Below, one piece after another: positions 56,177 to 64,000 of a DNA stretch of 64,000 nt. Positions within the stretch are counted from its first letter, which is position 1, and each line of letters opens with the position of its first letter. Source of the DNA: Epithemia pelagica (taxonomy: Eukaryota; Protista; Bacillariophyta). The notes under the pieces were generated by a model, which made no database searches, was not told where the DNA came from, and worked only from the letters and a program-made list of their open reading frames with translations. The DNA lies in assembly GCA_946965045.2 (NCBI GenBank), contig OX337229.1:1922001-1986000 (forward strand), given 5' to 3'. The translations under genes were made by a program, and so were the position numbers.

Positions 56177-58894
56177 ATGTCGGAAGATTCCACAAATAAT
56201 CCGTCCTACACGGACGACCAGTTGCATCACTGGAAAAGACTCTTGACGACGAATCCATACAGCGCTCTGACTACAAAGTTTGATAAGAAGTATTATCAAG
56301 TTCGGCAAGCGAACCTTCAGCACAATAAGAGGAAGAAGGCCCGAAGGAGCTACAAACCTGCGGCAGATGAGTCGAAACAGGACGACGACAACGATGAAAA
56401 AGATGCTGCCCAAGAGAAACTTCGCAACTGGGTACAATCGATCCAGAAGGAAGTTCCATGGTGTTTTTTCTACCGTCGCTGCCAAGTCACCAGCTGTAAA
56501 TGTTTTTATACCATGAACGTAGACGATGCGGTAGAGATCCTTTGGTTTATGGCGAAGCAGGAGAAGGGGATTCGGCAAACATTTTACAAACAATTCATGT
56601 CATCGTCTCTCAAGAAAAGAGAGATTGTTATCGACCTACCATGCATTCGAAATCCTATAAAGCTTTGTTTGCATTCATTTCGGAATCTGTTTTCGGTACG
56701 TTGTGTCCAATTCGCACGACTTCGGAAAGAACTCAAAGGCGGCAACACCGGTCCGAATGAGGTGAGACACAAGAACAACGATAACCGGTCTCGCTCCAGT
56801 ATGCTTGCTCGGTGCAAGAGTGATGTTGTTGAGTGGTTGCAGAAGTTTGCAGAAGAGCATGGCGAAATGAGGGCCACTCGATTACACCGAGAATCCAACA
56901 ATCTCGGAGCTCGGAACGTTGAAGTCAACTTGCTATACATACCTTCCAACTTCACCAAACGCCGTATCTATTGTGGTTATGTACACCACAATGGGTACCA
57001 GATGTTGACCGCAGACCGCAAGGGGTCCTATGGTTCGACATCAAACTACAAACCTCGTCGGGACGACGCAACGGATACAGAGTGGCCGGAGGGGATGGAT
57101 CCTAACCCCGTATGTGCCTTCTCGGTATTTTGTCGCATATGGAGGCTACACTGTCCTCTCATTGTCAGTGACCGTTCCATGTTTGATCCACAGCGAGGCC
57201 GGTCGACCGACGACGACAACGACGAGCCCATGAGCGATGAAGATGATGGTCTAGATTGTCTTGCTCCCATTGGGGTTGTGGAGGACGACGAACGGTTCGT
57301 TACCGTATCAAATCTTTATAAAGCAGGCCTATGTGCGAAAGACGAGCCTCAGCTTTTCTATCAACGGACTGCTTTCAAGGAATTGTCAGATTTCATTGAC
57401 AAGATTGTGGAAGGATGCCACATTGGGCTCATTGACGGTCTTCCTGGAACTGGCAAATCGTCCACATTGTGGTGGGGGCTTCGAAAGCTCACCAAGAGAC
57501 GCCTTCTGTGGATCAACCTTGATCGGCAGGGAAACGTCAATACTCTTATTGAAGTAAAAGACGCCTCGATCCAAACTCTTGCAGTGCCAATGAACGGATG
57601 GCGAGGTTTACTGGACAAGCTGAAGAAACTCTCGACTCAAAGTACAATCCTTGTGTTCGATGGTGTCAATCACAGTATATACAACGATGCTTTCGTTGCT
57701 TTGCGTGACTTTGTAATGAAAGATCTAAATGGGCGATGCGGCTTCATTACAATGTCCGGAAAAATTACGAGGGAACACAAGCACAATCTGGAGATTTATA
57801 TCAAGAAACAACGAGATGGAGTATTTGTGGCCCAGTTCTACCACACGCATCACTCGTGGACTCTGGACGACTACTTGGGTGCCTATGTAAATCCTGATCA
57901 AAGTGCTACTCCACTCTTTTTTGAAGTCCTCCCCGTGTTCGCGGAAGAGTGGAACATTGACATGTACGCCCAATTCATGAACACATCTGACGAGGGTTCC
58001 AAAAAGTTTGTCTTGGTGGAAGAAGCTGTCACGCAAAAGTTTGCGTTCGCTGGAGGATCTGCAAGATGGATGGCATCTGAGACCACGCATTCAATTTCCG
58101 CTATCATATCATCGTATCTTCAAGAATGTGTTCACTTGGATTCTTTGATGAATTTCAAGCTAGGAGAACAGTCACCACCTGCACAGACGCATCTGTATTT
58201 TGCGTCGGAAGATGATGCAGGGCTCACAGTCTATTCGTTGATTAGTCAGCACGCAACGTTGTTGGCTGTAGAGAACCTGAGTGCAGCTGGAGCAAAGAGC
58301 TTATATCGACATGCCACGCGGCTCAATGACCCTGCATTCTTGGGATGGGTGATCGAGGCATGTATCATACAGCGCTGTCTCAACGGGGCTTTGGTGTTTG
58401 AAGACACAGATGGCTCAGCTGTTCAGTTTACTCAACAAGCGAACGATCCGATTGAATTTGATCATGACAGTCTGGTTAACGGAGCTTCGGCGAGGTCATT
58501 GATTCCTTCCCCTGGTAAGACAAACGTGTGTAGGCCCAAGAAATGGAACCGAGGTGGATATGATTTCATTTTTTTATCGACAGGATGGAGGAAGAATTTG
58601 GCACTTCGCTTTTGTCAAGTTTCAAAATCATCGTTGGACTCGTTGAAGCTCGAGTACTTTGCGGAGGTGGTGAATTTCCTTTCCAGAGCCGGATACGTCA
58701 TTGAGTCTTTGGAAATTGCGTTCCTTGTGGCGATCCGAAAAATTTCAGACTATTGCATTTCGCCAAACAAGGTATTTGGTAGGGGTCGGTTGTCTCATGT
58801 TGACCTTCCCCGTTCACTGGGCAGATCCAAATGGGTCGAAGGGAGAGAAGAAGAGTTGATTTCTGTTTACGCAGTTGATTTGATCAACCCGTAG
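56177..58894 (+). CDS. Chimeric 905-aa protein: Sola-like transposase N-terminal region fused to a Crinkler (CRN)-type P-loop NTPase + PD-(D/E)xK nuclease module
   Basis: aa 1-335: C..CKC, LCLHSFRNLFSV, GEMRATRLHR, LYIPSNFTKRRIY, FSVFCRIWRLHCP. An acidic linker follows. Then IDGLPGTGKSS (Walker A), ILVFDG (Walker B), HSWTLDDY, KFAFAGGSARWM, GWVIE, PKKWNRGGYD and LRFCQVS..LKLEYF. The ORF is uninterrupted. Confidence 0.75.
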   Translation: MSEDSTNNPSYTDDQLHHWKRLLTTNPYSALTTKFDKKYYQVRQANLQHNKRKKARRSYKPAADESKQDDDNDEKDAAQEKLRNWVQSIQKEVPWCFFYRRCQVTSCKCFYTMNVDDAVEILWFMAKQEKGIRQTFYKQFMSSSLKKREIVIDLPCIRNPIKLCLHSFRNLFSVRCVQFARLRKELKGGNTGPNEVRHKNNDNRSRSSMLARCKSDVVEWLQKFAEEHGEMRATRLHRESNNLGARNVEVNLLYIPSNFTKRRIYCGYVHHNGYQMLTADRKGSYGSTSNYKPRRDDATDTEWPEGMDPNPVCAFSVFCRIWRLHCPLIVSDRSMFDPQRGRSTDDDNDEPMSDEDDGLDCLAPIGVVEDDERFVTVSNLYKAGLCAKDEPQLFYQRTAFKELSDFIDKIVEGCHIGLIDGLPGTGKSSTLWWGLRKLTKRRLLWINLDRQGNVNTLIEVKDASIQTLAVPMNGWRGLLDKLKKLSTQSTILVFDGVNHSIYNDAFVALRDFVMKDLNGRCGFITMSGKITREHKHNLEIYIKKQRDGVFVAQFYHTHHSWTLDDYLGAYVNPDQSATPLFFEVLPVFAEEWNIDMYAQFMNTSDEGSKKFVLVEEAVTQKFAFAGGSARWMASETTHSISAIISSYLQECVHLDSLMNFKLGEQSPPAQTHLYFASEDDAGLTVYSLISQHATLLAVENLSAAGAKSLYRHATRLNDPAFLGWVIEACIIQRCLNGALVFEDTDGSAVQFTQQANDPIEFDHDSLVNGASARSLIPSPGKTNVCRPKKWNRGGYDFIFLSTGWRKNLALRFCQVSKSSLDSLKLEYFAEVVNFLSRAGYVIESLEIAFLVAIRKISDYCISPNKVFGRGRLSHVDLPRSLGRSKWVEGREEELISVYAVDLINP

Positions 58895-59031
58895 TTGGAA
58901 TTTGGTGTCGCTGGGCACAGCCAGTACCATTCAAATCGCTACTAAAACCCAAACTATCGGTAGTCTTGTATCCACCCTGACCGACCACTGAGCGTGGCGA
59001 TAACCCGCAGAAGGAACCATGTCATTAACGA

Positions 59032-59105
59032 CATGCCCTTTTTCCCGCCTACAATGAGTACCTAGGTGCATGCCCTTTTTCCCGCCTACAATGAGTACCT
59101 AGGTG
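59032..59105. repeat. Exact 37-bp tandem duplication (CATGCCCTTTTTCCCGCCTACAATGAGTACCTAGGTG x2)
   Basis: Units at 59032-59068 and 59069-59105, about 140 bp downstream of the chimeric ORF. Confidence 0.92.
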
Positions 59106-59842
59106 AAAGAGAAAGTGTGCAACCCCTTACAAGTACTACGGCAAAAGGTCTAGAGATCTAGATGCTAGATGTACTTTCGGTCGAAACCTGTTAGGCGTTA
59201 GGCACAAGGCCACAGAGTATCACTAAAGAGGCCATTAATCGTCCAACAGGTCTACGGCGACCTGCCAGTAGCAGATGCCTTGATCTGTTGGTTTGTCGTC
59301 GATGATGTCAATTATGGCTCCTCCTCGGAATCCTCTACCGTAATTCTGATACCAAGTCCATTCCAGAGATCTTTGACACCATCATTTTGTGGCAGAACAT
59401 TTGGCAGCTGTCCGTAGTTCAGACAATTGACACCAATGACAGAATATTTTGTGGAAGCGAGTCGCTCAATTTGGCAGGTTGTACTAATTGTGGTATAGTG
59501 ATTCCTCACTTTGTCCGAAGAAGGTCATGCCACACACTTTTACTTTGAACGGAAATCATGTCGGTTGACGTCAGTCAGCAACCTCCAACTCCAACCTCCA
59601 TGAGCTCTCTCTCTCTTGAATTCACGCACACTCATTGGATCACCAGCAACAATCGCATCCTGCAAACTGCAAAAGCGAGCCGCCGGGAGCACGTCCAGAG
59701 TATTTTGGTAAATAATCTGTTGGCCCAAGTTCCTTGGGTTCGCGATTCACCTTCCGAAATACGAATTGGCAACCTTTTGCGTCTCTTAGGTCGACATCTA
59801 CTAGAGACAACGAGCTCGTGTATATATACAGACAACGGAACC

Positions 59843-61275
59843 ATGTGGAGCGGCAAGAAACGTTCCTTGGCAGCAAATGCGGCATCTCTCCTCCCCTTGG
59901 CTTGTTGCTTTTGCGTTTTAATATCTTCAGATGTTGTGTTGGCATGGACTTGTCCGGCCTACGATATGTCATTGAATCGACATTCCCATAGGATGTGTAA
60001 TGGCAAGGCACAGAGGGTGGAGTTTACACGAATGCAGCAAAGAAGAAGAGAACAATCCACAACGTTGTTGGCTGTACCAAAGAATGGCGTAGGCAAGAGT
60101 GCCTCGTCCTCCACAAGGACAGACATGAAGCGTGCAGCTGTGGCAGTGGTCGAATCTGATTCTTCCACACCGGAGCCTCCCTCGTCTGATTCTACAAAAG
60201 AGCCTCTGCACCAAAAGAGTGCCTCATCGGCTGTTGCCAGCATGGAGCTGCCATCCATAATAGAGGATCAACAAGAGTTGATCTCCAAGATCACCAATGG
60301 CTTGTTCTTGGCTGCGTGCTTTGGATTCGCAATCGGATCAATCCTCAACATCGACCAAGGAATGACACGAGGATGGACTCAAAGCGTATGTTATTGATTG
60401 TTTTGTTTTTATTTCAACTCTGCTTCCCACTTTTTGCTCATCACATTTGCATGTCAATGTTATTTTGCGTGTCTTCACAGGAGATTGCCCTGCGAATTCC
60501 CTTGGATGCTTGGAGTAGCTACGAAGCGGCATTGGAAGAGTCCCCAGTCGCCACGAAAACAATGATCAATGTCGTGATTTATTTGTTGGGGGATTGGTTA
60601 AGCCAGACCGTATTTGCAAAACAAAACATTTTGGATTTTGACTTGGGAAGGACACTTCGGAATGGCCTGATTGGCCTTTGCTTTGGTCCGCTGGTTCACG
60701 AATACTATCAATTTAGTGATACTATCTTGCCTGTGGACGGGGGCTTGGGCAATCGTGTCCTCAAAATTTTGATGGATCAATCGATCTACCTTGTGGTAAA
60801 ATGCTCATTGTACATTCTTGCTGTAAATACCCTTCAAGGACAAGATTTTGAAACATCAACACGGCTCGTCAAGGAAAAGATTGGAGGCATTGTGTTGACA
60901 GCTTGGAAATTTTGGCCGCTTGTCCACTGTATCACCTATTCAGTGATACCAGCCAGACATCGAATTCTGTGGGTCAATTGTGTGGATTTGGTCTGGAATG
61001 CCATTTTGGCTTCCATGTCACAACAATCGAAAGATGATGATGATGACGCTATCAACGTGGCCGTACCAGATGATGCACAGATTGCAACCTTAGGGACAGA
61101 TGATATTGTGACTGGGAACCCACTGTTGGTATCGAACGAGAGCACCGGCGGTACGGGAGCATTCGTACTGGAATCCAGTGCGATAGAGAGTGAATCTCCA
61201 ATTGATGATGAGGATGACGATGCAGAAAGTTTGGTAACAGAGTTGACATTGGTCGATGGGAAACCGAAACAGTGA
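59843..61275 (+). CDS. Mpv17/PMP22-family membrane protein with plastid-type presequence (2 exons, about 445 aa)
   Basis: YEAALEESPVATKTM, YLLGDWLSQ, FDLGRTLRNGLIG, KILMDQSIY and AWKFWPLVHCITYSVIPARHRILWVNCVDLVWNAILA. Intron 60386-60480 (GWTQS|EIALR). Probable ATG at 59843, followed by a hydrophobic stretch ending in VVLA-W. Confidence 0.88.
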
Positions 61276-61754
61276 AACTTGTATCCATTTGAGCTGTTTG
61301 CTCTTGCGCGAGAAGGCTGTATTGTTCCATCGTCTAGACTTGAGATGGAATTGGATTCCTTTGAAGGTGACGGAACCATACTGGGTATATCGAATGGGAG
61401 GGAAGAAAAATGTTGTTATTGGCCCCATTGAGTTTACGCCTTACATTTTAAGGCTCCATCTCTCCGGCTCACTTCCCGAGTGGAACAACCCTCCATAGAG
61501 AACTTATTCTGTTTGCGTTACAAGCTCTATTGCATTATATACGTGGCCAAAAGGGAGTAGGTACCCTTTTCGATGTCGAAAGACGTACCGTATAACAATC
61601 TTATTGTGTATTGGCAAGTGAAAGAAAACAGGAGCCCCCTGTTGTCTACCCCACCTACCCCTCAGATAGGAGTAGTTCATTTTCAGCTTATTCTGATGAA
61701 CCCTGCATCACTCCATCCGCGTGATCATGTTTAAAAAATTTCCAGCAACGAAAC

Positions 61755-62987
61755 ATGCCAAAGAAGAAAAAAATGACGACTGTGCAATACCTCCGTGTCA
61801 AGCGACCTCGCGAAGAGACTGCCCCAAAGACCTTGCGACTCGAAGGGTTACATGAACACTCCCAAACTTCAGCTGCGGCGTTGGCCTTGTCCGGTCTTTC
61901 GGTCTCATCCTTGGGGAACCAGGGGTCAAGCACCTCCTCTTCTCGCAAACGACCCACGGCAGCAGTTTTGACACGAGTGACAGACATTCATCAAGTCCCA
62001 GCGTCGTCATCGACCAGTTCATATCATGTAGTAGATGCAGTTTTGGACCAAGATGAGAGCTCGTCCATTCCAGGCAACAAACGGCGGCGGCTCACTTTGG
62101 TTGCTTCCAAAACTCTGAAGGACCATAACTCGTTGGAACAGCTTCTTCAGACTGAGGAAAGCAAGGCAGCCACAAAAGCTAAAACTAGCAAAAAGAAGAA
62201 ACCATTAAAAGTCCTGAATCCACTGGAACGAAAAGTCGACGAGTCGTTGAAGCAGGTATATCAAGGCGAGATTTCTCCTCGGCAACATTTTGATTATCTA
62301 AGCCGCGATGAGTCTCTGGTGCCTCGACGTCTTCATTGGCTTGCATGGAGCAATGCTGAAATGGGAAACTTGCTACATGCATGTGCCTTGTGGAATGATA
62401 GCGAGCTTGCAGCGGAGTTGCTGAATGGCAGAAATATTGGGAAAATGGGGACACAAATGGACGGCGACGGTCGCACTCCATACCAGATTGCCGAGCTCAT
62501 GGGCCATGAGCTAGTGATTCAGGTATTGGAAGCATTTGGGGCTGATATTTCGAATTATGTCTACGATATATACTGTATAGATGGATCTTCGGAGGTAGAT
62601 ATGACGGAAAATCAGTCGCTCCATCCTCTCGACGACAACGATTCGCCAGTTGGTCAAGACTTGTCTTGCCATTTGAAGGGTGGCTATGGGTATTGGGACG
62701 AAGATGGTCAGCTCATGTTGGAGGCATTTGATCGCCACGAACTAGAAAACGACGGATACGAAAAGGATGAGGAGGAGGACGACGAAGACTCCAATGACGA
62801 AGGTCATGTGGCCAATGACTATCCGGACGAGGAAGACGAAGAAAGGCAATGGGGCTCACAGGAGGATGGGGAGAGTGATGACGAAGACATTTTGGAACAG
62901 GATAATACATTTCGTCACGCCCCCGTTGATTTGGGAGAAGAGGACTTTGATGCCGCTTATGGAATATATGGACAATCGGAACCCTAA
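61755..62987 (+). CDS. IWR1/SLC7A6OS/DMS4-like RNA polymerase II import factor with an internal ankyrin-repeat pair
   Basis: N-terminal YLRVKRPREE, the Iwr1 signature EDSNDEGHVANDYPDEED, and ankyrin-like LLHACALWNDSELAAELL..DGDGRTPYQIAELMGHELVIQVLEAFGAD. Confidence 0.7.
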   Translation: MPKKKKMTTVQYLRVKRPREETAPKTLRLEGLHEHSQTSAAALALSGLSVSSLGNQGSSTSSSRKRPTAAVLTRVTDIHQVPASSSTSSYHVVDAVLDQDESSSIPGNKRRRLTLVASKTLKDHNSLEQLLQTEESKAATKAKTSKKKKPLKVLNPLERKVDESLKQVYQGEISPRQHFDYLSRDESLVPRRLHWLAWSNAEMGNLLHACALWNDSELAAELLNGRNIGKMGTQMDGDGRTPYQIAELMGHELVIQVLEAFGADISNYVYDIYCIDGSSEVDMTENQSLHPLDDNDSPVGQDLSCHLKGGYGYWDEDGQLMLEAFDRHELENDGYEKDEEEDDEDSNDEGHVANDYPDEEDEERQWGSQEDGESDDEDILEQDNTFRHAPVDLGEEDFDAAYGIYGQSEP

Positions 62988-63354
62988 TTGTCATTTCGAA
63001 CACAATCACGGAGACACCAACAGAAACTCATAGAAGTACCTCTAGTAGAAATAGAAACTCAAGGAAGGCATTCGGGTGTGATGTCCGATTGCTTTTGGCA
63101 ATCTCTTCTTTCTAGAAACTCAACCGAAAATATTTTCGAATGGCGAAATGTAGGCATTCCTTTAGCTATGTGTTACTGATTTTAGCACGTGAGCAAATAT
63201 GAAGTTTTCTATCAAACAAATCTATTTCTATCAAAGCCGACAGTTGTAGGGATGGTGGCCCCAAGAAAAACACAGATTGGAGCAAGGGTCCTTGTCCTTG
63301 CTCCTTGACGATTATATTCAGTCTTTCGCCGCTTGAGGTGGTGCAAAAACATGG

Positions 63355-64000
63355 CTAGTGTCCTTGCGCAACACGCGAACAAAAATAAATGTTCCAAAGA
63401 ATTGCTGCCAGGTTGGTATGCAGTACTCGCAGCGATTCGGGAACATAGCGGAAGGACACAAACTGGGAAAATGGCCAGAAGGAATAATTCGCCAGAATGG
63501 CGGCAAATATAGGGCCCAAGCCTTGAAGCGTAAATGGTAGAAACGAAGGGGCTGAAAAAGACAGGAAAGAAGAGCGTTTCGTGAGTGTCTGATAAACTGC
63601 AAACATGTCAATAACCCAAGCAACTCACCTCGCCCAGCGACGAGAGCCGAGAAAAATTCGTAGACATAAAAGTAGGCGGGGAGGAATGCCAAGACACCAA
63701 CAGATTGATCCAAGGCCAGTTCGGCAGCAATTCGTTGGCCGTCGTTCCATCTGTACAATCGCTGGAGTCGTTGCCCAAAGCCAGCTGTAATGCCATACCA
63801 GGAATGAAGAAAAGGTGCCTTGAAGAAAAATCCCACCAAGGCAAAACAAAGAGTTCGAGGATAATCGTACACAAACACGCGGCCTGCGGAATACGCTGAC
63901 AGGGGCTGGGAAGTGGCGTCCCCCAATACCTGCACTACAGCCGCTGTACTAGCTTTGGTGAGCAAGGGCCGTTGCTTCAACGCCTTCATGTACCATGAAA
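63355..64000 (-). CDS. Second Mpv17/PMP22-family protein (5' end runs off the window)
   Basis: SWYMKALKQRPLLTKAST..VLGDATSQ, YDYPRTLCF, LALDQSV. Intron 63628-63552 joins to ANYSFWPFSQFVSFRYVPESLRVL..LWNIYF. The frame is open to the window edge. Confidence 0.85.

Noticed and set aside
56050-59300. TIRs or TSDs delimiting a full Sola element around the chimeric ORF
   Set aside because: No convincing terminal inverted repeats were found by eye on either flank, so it is annotated as a CDS rather than a mobile element.
59312-59509. 65-aa minus-strand ORF ending in EDSEEEP
   Set aside because: It looks vaguely coding, but it is short, GTG-initiated and closed upstream by a stop, and has no family evidence.
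59843-64000. Two Mpv17/PMP22 genes as a recent tandem duplication
   Set aside because: The proteins are highly divergent, are in opposite orientation and have different intron positions. Co-location is probably old or incidental.

Overview
Gene-dense eukaryotic DNA, most consistent with a pennate diatom or similar stramenopile alga. This is inferred from short GT-AG introns (about 60-260 nt), several signal-peptide plus F/W bipartite plastid-type presequences, and the gene-family content; it is not proven. I reconstructed about 24 protein-coding loci, many by joining ORF-track fragments across hand-checked splice junctions. Housekeeping genes: phosducin-like, RRM protein, DDI1-type aspartyl protease, copine, bestrophin, oligopeptidase B, SYP7-like SNARE, a 4,346-aa UBR4/BIG-like protein, phosphopantetheine adenylyltransferase, GOLD protein, RanGAP, Lon-N domain protein, HisC, two Mpv17/PMP22 proteins and an IWR1-like protein. 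Accessory content: (i) a complete 2,862-bp PIF/Harbinger DNA transposon with TAA TSDs, two divergent intact ORFs and a 217-bp palindrome centred on its midpoint; (ii) a 905-aa intact chimera joining a Sola-like transposase N-terminal region to a Crinkler-type NTPase + PD-(D/E)xK nuclease module, the best candidate for an undescribed system; (iii) an LRR-less Roc-COR protein fused to an intact trypsin-like protease; (iv) a Cys-rich repeat protein with a GPI-like tail; (v) a D-serine-dehydratase-like gene interrupted by one in-frame TAG. No rRNA, tRNA or CRISPR array was recognised. All family assignments come from motif recognition by eye, not from database searches.
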